64,000 nt of DNA from Hydrolagus affinis (lineage: Eukaryota), in NCBI GenBank assembly GCA_012026655.1, contig JAAILG010001037.1, positions 1 through 64,000 on the forward strand, in the 5' to 3' direction. The notes under the pieces were generated by a model that saw only the letters and a program-made list of their open reading frames with translations, had not been told where the DNA came from and did no database searches. Both the position numbers and the translations under genes were made by a program. This document shows, in pieces, positions 11,953 to 25,297 of the stretch; position 1 is the stretch's first letter; each line of letters begins with the position of its first letter.

Positions 11953-14924
11953 AAATAAATGAATAAGCACACAACTTTTCAATTTTTTTCAGGCTACTTT
12001 AAGTATGAAAAATTGTGAATGGATGTACACAAAGCATGTGTCAAAAAAAGGTTTACTTTCTTCATCTCAGAAATCTTCAGATGCTAATGTACTTTGAGAG
12101 CTATTACCTTAATATCTCAGAGGAGATGTGATGTTGAAGGCAGATCCCATTCATTTAAACAGAGGTCATATGCACATGCTGAGGAAGCAAAGGTTCTGAA
12201 CCCAAAGCTGGGCTCAGCTGCTACCATCGTGGATGCTCTCAAGCAGAAATGGTTAAAGGTACATTTTAGATGGCTTTCTATGTATATCAGACATCTAGCT
12301 GATCAAAATTAAAAATTGTGCAGTAACAATTTATGACAAGCTGTTGAAATAGAAATGTCTAGTTACCCAGCTCAAGTACTGTAAATATCAGGCTCAACAG
12401 CAGTGGGTGCAGTATGAAAAAAGCTTCTTGGGAGCAATGATAACACAACAATGCAGCATTTAAAACCTTGTCCACACATATGCCTGGAGCTCTGCAGAAG
12501 AGTTACACAATGACTGCTGATGAACAGTAAGGACCTGGCAACTCTCAGGATCTCATTAATCTCAAAATGTAAGATTTGGATGACTGGGAGATATGAAATA
12601 TGAAGTACAGGATTTTTTCAACAACTAATATCCAACAGTTTCAAAACTCCGCCACCCACATTCTCACCCACATCAAACTACATATCCCGTAGTACCCTAG
12701 TTCTTGCTAGGCATCAGTGACTTCTTATTGCAAAACAAATCAATTTCAAAATCCTCACTGTTATAATTTAAACCACAGCACATCCCTACTCTCCAACTTA
12801 GTTACACCCATTCCATCCACCTTTTGCTTTGCTGGCTCCAGTCTTTTACACACCCCTCATCCTCACTGCTCCACCATTGGTGGCTGTGCTTTTAACCACT
12901 TGGGAATTCTCTGCCTGAATCCTCCAACTTGTCTATCTTGATCGCGCACTCAGAAACACTACCCGCATGAAGGGAGCTATGTAAATGCAAGTTGGATCAA
13001 GCAGGTGGTCAGACTCAACAGAATATTGTCTTGTGGCCCAATGGTATTTATCACTTATGTAACATTGATATTTCCATGCCACACTGTAGCCTCCTCACTA
13101 TCAAATCTCTTAAAGCAATTCAATCTTTAAAGATAGCTTTATACAATTTTCTTTTCAAACACGCTCACTGTATCATTTTATTTTCAGGGTTTCAGAGCAT
13201 TGTCTGAACTTTCACCTTCAAAGATTCCTGTCCAAAAAATGCTTGCTTGTCTAATTTGGTTATTCAATAGTACAGTGGAACAGAAGTATCTTAACTGTTT
13301 GAAAACCAACCGCTGTTCAGTACACTCGGCAGCCAGCATCATTAGTGCAATTTGCTTTTTGAGGACAGGACGGGATGGTTTTATGGGAATAAAATCTCCC
13401 CTGTTGCTGTTCCACTGCAAATTATTAAAGGGATCTGTCCTATAAAATTAAAAATATGGGTTTCATAACAAGTGGCCAATAGAACTGCTCATTACTCTGT
13501 CCACTTGCATACCAATCACACTGCTAAATGTTAATAAAATTAGCCCCAACATCTTGGAAAATAGCACTCTTTATTCTCCAACTACAGCTTCCTGTTGCTC
13601 TCTCTGACCTTCTCCTGTAATGAAACCCTTCTGTGTCCTGCAGTTAATCTCCCCCAACCTCATCCACCCATATGATATCAAGGAAATTTCACAGTACAAC
13701 ACCTCGAATTGTTCTTCCAGTGAAACAAATTAAATTTTGAATTGCAGCAGCTCAATGTGCCACAGGAAACTGCTGAAATTTATTATGCACCTTAACATTA
13801 AAATTATACTTTTACTCTCTCAGCTGACAAGCGAACAAGATACTCAGAGAGTTGTAGAGTGTAGAATTAACCATAATTAATCGTTAACTCGAGATTTCAC
13901 AATTCTCAACGTAAACCATGTGCAATCCACCACCCCCCTGCAAAAAAAAAATCTGAAGTCCACAGAGTATGCTTTCAATGTGGGATCAGGAGTGGAAACA
14001 CTAAATGATATTTCCCTTCCATGCCGGTGGCCATTTACAGCAACCCAACTGAGATCAATGTGTCGCTCCTTTTTGGAAGAGCTGGCCAGTTTTCTACCTA
14101 CAACACATCTGAAGAAGCATATGTCTTTGGAGCGCTCTCTTTTCATACTTAATTATATTTATTGATCCTGGGAATTTTATTGAATGCATTTAAGTTTATT
14201 AGTGGAGTCAGACTGTCCGACATTATGGTTAAGATAAACACATTTCCTTAAGACAGCAATGTCACAGCATTGTTTTAACACGTTGCTGGCGATCAATCTG
14301 AAAATGAAACCATTTGGAGTTATTTCATAGCCAGGTACCAATTGTGCTGTCTATTCTTGTTTCACTGCACTCCTCCAGAGACAAATTGTTTCAGACCTGT
14401 GTTGATAACACAATGAACCGAATCCGGGGCCGCAAATGTTTCAATTTTGATGGATGAATGAAAAATTTACAATTGTAACGGTAAGTATACATATAGAAAT
14501 AATTTTAGAAAGCATTATCTTTCCAGTTTAACCTAAGATTTTAATTTAAACACACTTTGCACTTGTTTCACATGTGCAAAAGAATCATCACAATGCATCA
14601 GAGCTTTGTAACCTTCCGCAATGCTTCAAGAATCAAAGAAAAACATTTGCAACTTCATCACATCTCTACTTTTTTTAAACTGGAACTGATACACATCAAA
14701 AGGGTTTGTGGCAAGCCAGAGTTAAAATAAAAGAAACCCATCTCCTGACCACAAACCTCTTATGTCTATACCAAGAAAAAGAATCAGAAACACCAGTGGT
14801 CCACTACAATCTTCACTGCATACAGTACTAAAGTCTTAAACTATGAAGACAAATAATTATAGTCTGATGTTATCACATAGCAGCTTCACAAAGCACACAA
14901 AACACCAACCAAGTCAAGTGTCAG

Positions 14925-15165
14925 CATGCTTCAGTTAGTAGCACATTTGCCACTTAATGTACAAAGTTGTGATTTCAATCCCCAAGTCTTGAGCTCATTA
15001 AGTACGATGACACTCCAGTACATTACTGAGGGAACATGATCTTCATTATTGGAGGGACCATCTGCCTATATGCATCTGCCCTTCAGATGGACCTTAAAGT
15101 TCCATTACATATGAAAAGAGTAGGTAGCTTCTCCTGGTAATCTGGCCAACAATCCACCTCCCACT
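14925..15165 (+). mobile_element. Old Deu-domain-type SINE remnant
   Basis: Decayed tRNA head, then gacactccagtac..actgaggga ... ttctcctggtaatctggccaacaat, resembling the DeuSINE/SacSINE core as I recall it. Confidence 0.55.
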
Positions 15166-15248
15166 GATTCTGTGACACCGCTGGTACCAACTGCCACCAA
15201 GTTTGCCTCTGAAAAGAGTCACTTCATGTGAGAAAAATAACCTGCGAA

Positions 15249-15557
15249 GCCTGTAGCTCAGTGGTTGGAGCACAGTACAAGCGTGAGACCAGTGTTCGAA
15301 TCCAGGCAGGTTAGGGCAAAACCTTGGGCAATTTTCCTTATTCCACATGCCAAATAATAATCCCTCAAAAAATTTTTTTCATTATTGGTCACTTCAATCC
15401 ACAACTGTTTGTGGGATACTGCTTTGCGCAATTGGCTGCCACGTTTCGCCCACAAATATACAGTCAATTCACTATACAGTATATTCGGTGATGTGCTTTG
15501 AGATGGTTAGAAGAGGTGAAAAGCGCTATATCAAATGCAAGGATTATTATTACTATT
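15249..15557 (+). mobile_element. tRNA-derived SINE, full length
   Basis: A box tagctcagtgg, B box tgttcgaatcc, family body, tail gaaaagcgctatatcaaatgcaaggattattatt. Confidence 0.88.
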
Positions 15558-16159
15558 TATAAGCACTTTGAGAATGTTTTGCTGTGAGTTTATACCCCAT
15601 AAATTTGCAAATGTATTTGTCTTCCTTTCAATTTAAATAAAAAATCTACGAGAAGTATTAATCTCTCTCTGAATTAACAGTGAAAATGGCTAATCAGATT
15701 GTTTTAAATATAAACTGTTAAAAATATTAAGAACTGCTACCTCTGGAGGTTTCAGGCCCCTTTAAAGGATGTGGTTTTCACAGCACATCTGAAGCAGCAC
15801 AGGCATGTCAGAATGACAAAAAACATGAGTGGAAACCAAGCTATCTATTCTATCAGCAAATTTAACTGCTCAGATCACTTTAATAAATAAACTAAAAACA
15901 AATAAAATAATTATATTGCGATGCCTTTGACAAAGTAGCTTTACAAAGAATGCAAAACACCAACTGGGTCAAGTGTCAGCTGGCTCAGTGAAGTGGCTCT
16001 TAGCACAATGACCTGCTGTACGATCCACAGCTATTAAAGCAACGGCAGGATTTTCACCCACTCGTGGCTCACTCACGAAGAATGGCTACTTTGGCAAGGT
16101 GCCAAGCACTTTCTGGTGTCTGTAGAATCGTGCATTTATTATGAAATAGGGGCTGAAAT

Positions 16160-16500
16160 ACTTTATACTTGCATTTGATATATCTCAAAATGCTTCACGG
16201 TTCAGTATTTTGTGGGCATATGTGACAATTGGCACACAGCAATGTCTCACACTCAGCCATGAAGTCAATGACCAATTTTATCTGGGGATTGTTGGCCAGG
16301 ACATCGAGAGAAACTCCCTTCACTGAGCTTGCAATAGTATCTGAACAGCCAGATGTCCCAAGAACTTGTTTTAACATCTCATCTGAAGGATGGCAGTGTC
16401 AGCTTAGACCGCGAACTGAAAACCCCAATGTGGTGTTTGAATCCACAACTTTCTGACTCAGAGGCAAGAATGGTAAAAACAAACTGAACGAGGCTGACAC
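16160..16500 (-). mobile_element. Old Deu-domain-type SINE remnant
   Basis: ttggccaggacatcgagagaaactccc ... aacatctcatctgaagga ... tccacaactttctgactcagaggcaag is the reverse complement of the same old family. Confidence 0.55.
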
Positions 16501-17559
16501 TTAAGGGGTGCAGGAAAATGTAATGAGCGAGCTGGGAAAATATCTGACAGGCACTGTGCACTATTGTGCATTGCTCTTTTTAAGCCCAAGGCAGAGAGGC
16601 CTCCAAATCCAGACATTAATTTAAACACATCAGGCTTTCTTCACGTTACAGATGTTTGAAAATGTCACCGTAAGAAGATTTGTGACTTGCAAATTGTTAC
16701 CCGACACCAGTCATTTCCATCGGTGGCTAGAACCCACTCCCAATTACTTTCGTGCCACAGTGAGTCACTGTGCGCACTTCCAGCAGACAAAACAGTACTG
16801 ACTGTTGTGTAAATCACTTCACAGATTATGAAAGTTTTGCACATCGAAGTCCACCGTCTCACTTTTGATTCCGATCTTTCTTTTGCTCGACATAAACCGA
16901 GTCAACTTAAGAGCCTTGTTTCCACTGAAGAATCACTGCCACACATGGCCACGCACATCACACCTCAGTCAAAACAATTTCATTTTCATTCTCAATTCTG
17001 CTTAGTTATAACAAGTTTTCAAGCGGGGGGGGTGGGGGGTGTGTGGAAACTAATTTGCAACCTAAACACTGCGAAAAAGCTTTGCACGGTGCAATAAACC
17101 AGCAGTGTTTTTTTTTAAAAATCACTGCTTTTTGTAAGAAGGCTAAAAAGTGAAGCATTTGGTAACATTTCAAACGTATCGCATGTGTCACTATCCACTG
17201 CTGGAGGGATATTGCCTCCTTAAAAAGTAAGGTGTTGTCCAACCGGGCAAATCAGAACAACGTAAAAGGGAGCAAGTTCTTGAACTCACCCGTTCAGCCA
17301 AGGTTTCCCAGTGAGATTTAATGGGAGTGAAACTAAACTCCGAGAGGGTAAGGGAGTATAGGGGGAGGAGGGGGGACAGAAGAAAACCTTTCATCCCAAA
17401 ATTATACACCGTGAAGATAGGCAATGGGTGGGGACCTCGCCTCTCACAGAAACGCAGCGACAGTGTGGGATGGAGGAGAGAGAGAGAAGTCAATGCAAAA
17501 TGAATCACAGACAGACATTCATTCACAGCAAAAACACAACATAAAATCTTCAATAAACC

Positions 17560-18010
17560 CCCACCCCAAACTGCAACAGGCCGCATCATCTGCCTGAAGC
17601 CGGTACTGCCCCCACCCCGGCCCGGGGGCTCCCTCACACTCACCCTGTGCGGTGGCCGGGCTCCCGGTGCCGGCCCTGGCCCTGCCCCGCGGCGGCTCCC
17701 AGACAACTAGAAGCTGCGAGTCGGGGGGGGTCTGTCTGTCTGTGTCTGTCTGTCTGCTCAATGCCTTCCCAGTAGCGGGTCAGCCCAGAGCGGGAGAAGC
17801 CTCCTGATCAAGCCGGTCAATGATGAGCGAGCGCTCGAGCTGGCCGGTGTGTTGGCCGGGTGACGGTTGGCTAATCGATGACCGTTGACTGAGAGCCTGG
17901 TCCGCGCGCTCCTGTCACGCTCCGGTCGAGCCGCTCTGCGGTTTATTGTGTGGCGGCGCCGGCGCAGCCACTTCCGGTCGCCGACGCGCGCCGCGCCCCC
18001 CCCACCTCTC
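17560..18010 (-). promoter_or_regulatory. CpG-island promoter of an unidentified leftward-transcribed gene
   Basis: The only extended CpG-dense non-repeat stretch in the window. ETS/GABP-type motif ACCGGAAGTG at 17969-17978 (minus), GC-box-like run near 17994-18005, AATAAA-like A/T element near 17942-17947. Confidence 0.75.
17644..17930 (-). other. Putative non-coding first exon (start approximate)
   Basis: Strong donor CACAGG|gtgagt at 17644/17643 on the minus strand. No ATG on the minus strand between about 17960 and 17644. Confidence 0.55.
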
Positions 18011-18077
18011 ACCATTCTCTTAAAGCGGCAAGTCTCCTTCAACAAGAAATGCAACAGTTTGCTCTGCTCTATGATAA

Positions 18078-18190
18078 ACAATAATGGTTGCATTTGATAT
18101 AATGTCTCATCACGTCGTTCAGACGTCTCAATACGCTTCATAGGATATACTGTAAAGTGTAGTGACTGTGTATTTTGTGAATGAAACGCG
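18078..18190 (-). mobile_element. SINE 3' fragment abutting the CpG island
   Basis: ttgcatttgatata..tcacgtcgttcagacgtctcaatacgcttca matches the SINE tail. Confidence 0.75.
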
Positions 18191-18195
18191 AAGAG

Positions 18196-19690
18196 TGCCT
18201 TTCTCACGTTGAGAGGGCGTCCCAAGGCGCTGGACAGTCAGTGTTTTGGACCTGAGCTGGGGTAGGAATCGGAAGGGGAAGTGACCGATGGCACGGTCGA
18301 AGAGGAGAGTCTTGAGGTGGGACGTGATGGAGGCGAGTATGGGGTCAAGGCAGAGGCATTGCCGGATGGAATTCCAAAGGTTGAGAGCAGAGTGGCTGAA
18401 GGATCATCCGGAGATGCTGGGGTGGGTGGGTTGAGAGACGTAGAGCAGGCTGGAGCCCACTGAGCAGAGGGGACAGATGGGTTAGTAAGGGATTAGGAGG
18501 TCAGAGGTGGGATGGGCAAGGCCACGGAGGGCTTTGTAAGTGAGGACCTGGATCTTGAATGATTCCTATGTGATGGGAAGCCAGTGGAGTTAGGCGAGGA
18601 TCGGGGTGATAGGTTCGCAGAGCCTGGTGTGGTAGAGGACACAGGCCGCAGAGTTCCCAATGATCTGCTGCCTGTGGAATGAGGAATTGGAGAGGCTGAC
18701 AAGAGTGTTGGCATAGTCGAACCTGGACGTAATGAAGGCATGCATGAGTTTCATGAATGAGTGCAGCCTGAGGGGTGGGATAGTGCAGAGTCGGGCAATG
18801 TTGCGGACGTTAGGAAAGGCAGAGCAAGTCATGTCATTGATGTGGGGGAGAAAAGACAGTTGAGGATTGAACAAGACATCTAGTTTCCTGATAAGCTTGC
18901 TGAGTTGGGGGGAGGTTGAACTGTGGAGGTTGATGCTGCCATGAGCCAATCAGTAGAGCCTCAATCCTGTTGATATTCAACTGTAGAAAGTTAGCTCTCA
19001 TCCAGGATTTGATGTCCGATAGGCAGCCTGTCAGGACAGCGGTGATCCTAGACTCGAGACTGGAAACAGAAAGATAGAGTTGGGTGTCATCCGCATACAT
19101 ATGTGAATTTGACTCTATGTCAGCATATGATATATATAGATGTTGAAAAGGAGAGGGCCAAGGACAGAGCCCTGGGGGAAGCCACACCTGACGGTGCGGG
19201 GAATGGAGAAGAAGCTGTTAGTGGTGACAAAGTGGAGATGATGGGAGAGGTAAGATTTGAATCATGCAAAGGCAGTTCTACAAAGCTGCGAGGAGAGGCG
19301 GTGTGGGAGGAGGATATAGTGATTCAGTGTCAAAGGCGGCAGAGAGATTGAGGAGAACAAGGAGGCAAAGAGATCCCTGGTCGCAGATGTTCAAAATGTC
19401 ATTAAAGACTTTGACCAGGGCTGTTTCTACAGTGTGAACAGCACAGAAGCTGAATTGGAGGGGTTCAAAGAGAGAATGGTGGGGAAGGAAAGAGCAAAGC
19501 TGGGACATGATGACTTGTTTCAGGGCCTTGGAGAGGAATGGGAGGTTGGGGCAGTGGTTGGAGAGTAGGAATTAGTCCAGGGACATTTTTTTCAGGATGG
19601 GGTGATGACAACAGTTGTAGAGGGGTGGGAACAGTGGCAGTAGATAAGTAGAAGAGCCAGGAGATGGAGCTGGGAGGTGAGTGGAGAGGT
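18196..19690 (-). mobile_element. L2-type LINE, 3' ~1.5 kb with frameshifted RT
   Basis: HTVETALVKVFND..LVLLNLSAAFDT, YADDTQLY, CLSDIKSWMRANFLQLN and HAFITSRFDYAN occur in successive broken frames; L2 tail at 18196-18235. Confidence 0.92.
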
Positions 19691-20865
19691 GGAATGTCAG
19701 CTTGGACGACTTAAATTCAAGTCCCAGTGTGGGATTTTAACTCACAACCTTTGGATTCAGAGGTAGAGTACTACCGTTGAGCCAGAGTGACACCATTTGC
19801 AAAGTGGTCCTTTTCCTCTGGGATTCCTGGCTAACAATGTTCTAGATAAAAATGATCAGTGGTGGGATATTGCTATATCCAGCTTGTCTGTCATGTTTCC
19901 TAACAAATGCATAGCCACTATGTTTGAAAGCAATTGCAATGAGGCAATCTATATTACAGTGTGTGTATGTATATATATATACTGTATATATACTGCATAT
20001 ATATATATGTCCAGGAAGCAAGCCTTGGCAAGCTATTTGACCATAGGGTGATCAGAGGGTATCAAAGTCAAAACCAATCCAATGGAAACCCTTTTCCCTA
20101 TGTGAACTCTTCCTTAAACTACAGCTGTGGGTATTCCTAGTTTAGAATACAATAACCAGTTTCAAACCAATGGTCCAGCAAGGCTGCTTTTTTGATAAAA
20201 CAATCCAGCTTGCGATAGAACAGCACAAATATGTTTTGTGATTCAGAGAAATGGTTTGTGAGATTGAGCAATTTTTAATTTGTGATGCTACAATGACATC
20301 ATTTACTGTTTGATGAAACAGCAAAATAAATGGGAAGGTCAGTTTATGGCTTATCAATCATTAACTCAACAATTACATGTCAAGATTCCAGACAGACACC
20401 TACTCAAAGTATTACAGAATATAATGGCAAGAGTTAATGCAATTTTATTACAATGCGCCTTGCTTCAAATGCCAGAAAATGTAGGATAGGGAGGGACGTG
20501 AGTCAATGGACAAAACTGGAGTTATCTTCAATTTCTCCTCACTACAATTTTCTTACCAAAATTGTTTTGAAGGGAGTGACATGCTTATCACCATAAAAGT
20601 TCACAACTTAACTGTCCTTCTATGGGAGTGCAGTGGTGAGGCAACAAGGAAGGTGGGATCTCCATGGAGCTGAACTGCCTCCAAGGTGAGGTGTTTAGTA
20701 ATAATGGAATGTTGAAATCAAGTCAATCCTCTATGGCAGTCTCAGTAACAATAAACAATAATAATCCTTGCATTTGGTATGGGAGTCTTAGTCCGATTTC
20801 TGAGCCAGGTGGGTCCACAGTGCTTCAAGACTGCTGATTCACAGCACAGCTAGCCTGGTTCATCA

Positions 20866-21178
20866 ATAGGACGTGGAGGTCACAGTCTTAAGATTAAGGG
20901 TCAGCCTTTTCGAACAGAGTTGAAGAAACATTTCTTCACTCAGAGGGAAGTGAATTTATGGAATTCTCTACTCCAAAAGGCTGTAGATGCTCAGTACTTG
21001 AACATATTCAAGATTGAGATTGATAGATTTCTTATGGATAGAGGTATTAAGGGATATGGGGATAAGGTGGGCAGATGGAGTTAGATTAGATCAGCCATGA
21101 ACTTATTGAATGCCGGGGCAGATTTGAGGGGCCAAATGGCCTACTCCTGCTCCTTATTCTTGCGTTCTTCTGTTCTTC
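20866..21178 (+). mobile_element. CR1 LINE 3' end
   Basis: GHSLKIKGQPFRTELKKHFFTQREVNLWNSL C-terminal motif and the tail gatcagccatga..gaggggccaaatggcctactcctgct. Confidence 0.85.
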
Positions 21179-21677
21179 TTTTCCATCTTCAGGTCGTGCC
21201 TGAAGATCTTTCTCTATGAACGTCCTTACGGTCACCTTCCCCCTCATCCTAGTGTGGCCTTGGGCTCTGCCATTTGGAAGCACTCAGACGCTGCCTGGCA
21301 TGGAGGGTGCTAAATAAATGAAGGTTGTTGTTGCTGTTAGTTGAATTGCATTAAAAGTACAATTCACAAAGAGATCAGGCACCAGTCAATGTCAATAGCT
21401 GTGCCACTAATACTTCAGATACAGTTCCAGAAAGCAAATTTTTATTTCCCCAGAATTTGGGTGAAATCAATTACCAGCAAATTACAGGTTTTCTCAATTC
21501 CAAGAAGGAAATAAATAACGCAACAAAACATTGGTTTAATTAGCAGAACCATTCTGGAAAGAATACTTGAATAAATGATGGTAAACAGAGCCCTAAAAGT
21601 GACATGGTGTACAGCCAGGTTATTATCTTACAATTAGACAAGCGTTTACATTTTACGCTAGAAAATAATTGAGTCTG

Positions 21678-22360
21678 AGCTCACTTGGCAACACACTCGC
21701 CTCTAGGTCAGAAGATTGTGGGAGATCGAGCTCCAAATCAAGATTCAACCTCACAATCTTGGCTGACCATGCAATGACGTTCTGAGAGTTGCATTGCTAC
21801 AAGATGCTGCTCTTTCGATAAAACTGAGCTGTCAGCTTGTTCTGGTGAAAGTTTAAGACCCCATGGTACAAGTATCAATAAACAGGAGTTCTCCTGGTAC
21901 CCTGGATAATATTTTGTCCTCATTCAAATCTCCCTTATTGGGGGAGTCCTATAGCTCAGTGGTTAGAGCACTCGCCTCGCAAGCGAGAGACCTGGGTTCA
22001 ATTCCAGGCAGGGTGAAACCTTGGGCAAGTTTTCTTACTCCACACACCTAATAATAATCCCTCAAAAACAATGATAATTTGGTCACTCAATCCATGACTG
22101 TTTGTGGGACACTGTTTCACCCACAAATATATAGTCAATTCACTTTACAATATATTCTGTGAAGCACTTTGAGACCTCTAGAAGACATGAAAAGCGCATA
22201 TCAAATGAAAGGATTATTATTTTTATTTATCTTCAAACAGATAAATCTGATTGCCGAAAGTGGCATTAATTGCTACACGTTTGCTAGTCGTACAGTCACT
22301 ACACTTCAAAGTAACAATATGAAACTTATTGGGAGGCTAAATTAGTTGCTTGTATAAATG
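21678..22360 (+). mobile_element. Old Deu-type SINE interrupted by a younger SINE
   Basis: The old head and core at 21678-21930 continue at about 22225-22360 (cagtcactacacttcaaag). Confidence 0.55.
21946..22221 (+). mobile_element. tRNA(Val)-like SINE, best-preserved head
   Basis: gtcctatagctcagtggttagagcactcgcctcgcaagcgagagacctgggttcaattcc: intact A and B boxes and anticodon stem, followed by the SINE body and (ATT)n. Confidence 0.9.
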
Positions 22361-23075
22361 TTCCTGTTCACTAAATGTCTCTACTGGGTTTGGAAGTTGA
22401 TTTACCTCCTGCTTCTTCCTTCCTCTGCAGCAGTTTGTCTCCCTCAACCAGACCGACTACCTGTGACGGAGAATTCTAAAGGTGAGGAATCAACAACATT
22501 TGGGCAAAAGCGCATCTCAATGCCCTGTCACACATTGACTGCATTTCCACAACCCAACAGTGTACAATTTACACTGTGACAGTCACAGGAGCTGAATAAT
22601 TTATGACCTGATCTACCTTGTGCATGCATACAACTGAGTAATGTTGCATACTCTCTCGTCGTAATGGAACAGAGCTGTACCACAGAACTACTGAAGATTT
22701 TGACCGTGTCCATTTTTGTTGAAACAGGTCAACTCTTCAGCTAATCCTTCAAAAGCAACAGAGCCTATGCCAAAGAAACTGGACTTCGTACATTCAATTT
22801 GAAACAGATTTCACCTCTGGACAATGGATGCAAGCTCGGGTCAGATTAAAGAGGTTTCCCTTATCTGATGAAGGACTGAGCAGCACCATGAGAAAGAACA
22901 CCTTTTCTTCATTTCTGAAAACTAGAGATGGATACTGGCATCTTTCCCTTCTAATGTAGTGGTCCTGAGAACATAGAACTTGGGAAACATTGCAGTTTTA
23001 TTTGGTCAGAATCCCAAGTTAGAAAAAATTGCATAGATTTTCTGTGAAATGCAAAATGGACTGTGCAAGTCATGG

Positions 23076-23212
23076 TGATAATAATAATAATACTCCTTGC
23101 ATTTGATATAGTGCTTTTCACATCTTATCGACGTCTCAAAGCGCTTCACAGTATATACTGTAAAGTGAATGGACAGTATATTTGTGGGTGAAACGCAGCA
23201 GCCAATTGTAAT
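23076..23212 (-). mobile_element. SINE 3' fragment
   Basis: (ATA)n followed by ccttgcatttgatatagtgcttttcacatc..gacgtctcaaagcgcttcacag. Confidence 0.8.
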
Positions 23213-23339
23213 GGGAGAAGATTGAGTGGAAGAGCTCATCATCAGCAGCGCAGATGCAGAAGCGGTAACCAGATAACCATCTGGTACTTCTTAAACAAGG
23301 GATTACTATTAATACCAATTACTATCAATACTATTACTA

Positions 23340-23500
23340 TTTTAAAAGAGAGGTGGATATTTATTTGGAGAGGACGGGTTTGTGAGGTTATGGGGAGAGA
23401 GCCGGAAAGTGGGATTGACTTTGAATAGCTCTTTCCAAAGAGCTGGCACAGACTCGATGGGCCAAATGGCCTCCTTTTATGCTGTAAAATTCTATGATTC
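23340..23500 (+). mobile_element. CR1 3' tail
   Basis: tttaaaagagaggtggat...gagctggcacagactcgatgggccaaatggcctcct...attctatgattct. Confidence 0.75.
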
Positions 23501-24654
23501 TGTTCACTTGTGATGGGAAAGAGGGTGAATACTTCAGATATTGCCACATGTTGAAAAACTTGGTACCCATTCAGAAGTTAAGGTTTTTTTTCCCCCAATT
23601 CACATTTTCCATAACTAAAGAAAAATCCCACCCCCGTCCATATATCTGGACTAGAGGCAACAAGATATACATTCATTAAAGAAATGCATAACGGATGAAA
23701 TGAGTCAATTGGCTGAGCTGATATACATATAGATGTACAATATGTACAAAGAGAGAATGGTCTTACAAATGAAGATGCATATCTTTTGGTTTGGAAATAT
23801 CTGCTAACCCAAGTATTTGTTCCTGTTAAATAATAATCCACCCAGATGCAGTCACTCGGGGGCAGTTCCATTAATTAAAAAGTGTAACCTAGGGTCTCTA
23901 AACAAGCATATGATAAACTGCATTTTAAAACAAAAAGTTTGAAACTCATATTTTCCCCCATTAAATCAGAGAAGTTTTAGTTACCACTTCTACCTGCAAG
24001 TTGTCTCCCGCCTTTTCTCTCTATAGTTTTTTTGTTGGTCTTGGACAGTGCAACAGGAAGCGATCTTACCCAAGGCATCTGCCAAAAAAAACTGCTATTT
24101 GATTAACATCTGAGAGATAGAGAAGAGCTATCTGTTTTGCATCTGAGGGGGAACATTCTTTGCATTCCACTTGGAAAGCAGAGATAGAGGGTAGGATTGA
24201 CGAAGGAAAAAGATTAAACACAATCCAGAGAATTCCATACTTGTATGGAGTCCACTACCAGAAAACATTTTGTAATCCACTACGAAGCAAAGTATAGTAA
24301 TTGTAGAGCATCCCATGAAAGTAAAAAGAAAAAATAGTCAATATGTGCTTATGAAATGAAACTCAACATCGATGTTTGGGAACTATCTTTCCATATACAG
24401 TAAATGGAATTGCAGTTAAGAGCAAAGTAGCACATGCACAATGTTGACTTTTAGAAAACATTCAACTTTGTAGAGACTTGTGGAAAAAGTGAAAGCTCGG
24501 GGAATCTAAAGCTAATTCTGTAAAGTGGACTGATTAGTTGATAACAATATTAACAAACAGAGGGTATGAACTTCTGGTGATGTCATGCTTAGGCTTGCTG
24601 CCAGGGAGAGAAGGGATTGGAGCCACAAGCAAATTCCACCGACAGCAATGAGCA

Positions 24655-25258
24655 TGTATGACGCTCATCTGGCCTGAATGCCCATCTCCATCAATATCTC
24701 ACCCCAAAAGCTGCCCAAACCCAGGTCCATGCCTTTTGTCATGTTTTGGCTGGACTACAATGCCCTTCTTACCTGTCTCCCTTCTTCCACCATCACAAAA
24801 TTCAGCTCATACAAAACTCAGCCTCCCACCTTCTCACCCACATCAATCTTCATACCCCGATTACCCCAGTGCTTGCTAAACTGCCTGTCAGAGTTGATCA
24901 ACTTGAAGATTTTCACTCTTACGTTTAATTCTCTCCACTCCTCTGCACCCCTACCTCTCCAACTTCCTCTCTCCTCACAGCAGTACCTACTGCCTCAGCT
25001 CTATTGGTCCGGTCTCCTCTTTTCCTGAATCCTCCGCTTGTTTTCAGCCACTATGCTCCGAAATTTTGGAACTCCCTACCTCAACCCCTTTGCCTAACCC
25101 CCTCCTTCCCCATCTTCAGTTCGTGCCCGAAGATCTTTCTCTTCGACTGCGCTCATGGTCACCTTCCCCCTGGCTCGGCCTTGGGCTCCACACTTGTGAA
25201 ACGCTCAGAGATGCCATCCGGCGTAGAGGGCTCCAATATAAAATTCAAGTTGTTGTCT
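24655..25258 (+). mobile_element. L2-type LINE 3' fragment (second tail subtype)
   Basis: LDYNALL..LPSSTI..FSHYAPKFWNSLP-type remnants; tail gtgaaacgctcagagatgccatccggcgtagagggc..aagttgttg. Confidence 0.8.
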
Positions 25259-25297
25259 TGCCCACAGATATACAATTGTCAATTCACTTTACAGTAT

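Noticed and set aside
17191-18225. Longest ORFs in the track (171 aa and 155 aa, minus strand)
   Set aside because: These result from GC-rich, stop-poor sequence. They cross a splice donor or start inside repeats, and resemble no protein I recognise.
18493-19508. ORFs with RT motifs (YADD)
   Set aside because: Frameshifted, 5'-truncated L2 copy; not a functional gene or a novel RT system.
21946-22015. tRNA-like sequence with A and B boxes and an anticodon stem-loop
   Set aside because: It runs straight into the SINE body, lacks a proper acceptor stem, and the anticodon varies between copies (CGC here, CAC near 33030 and 36425). It is a SINE head, not a tRNA gene.
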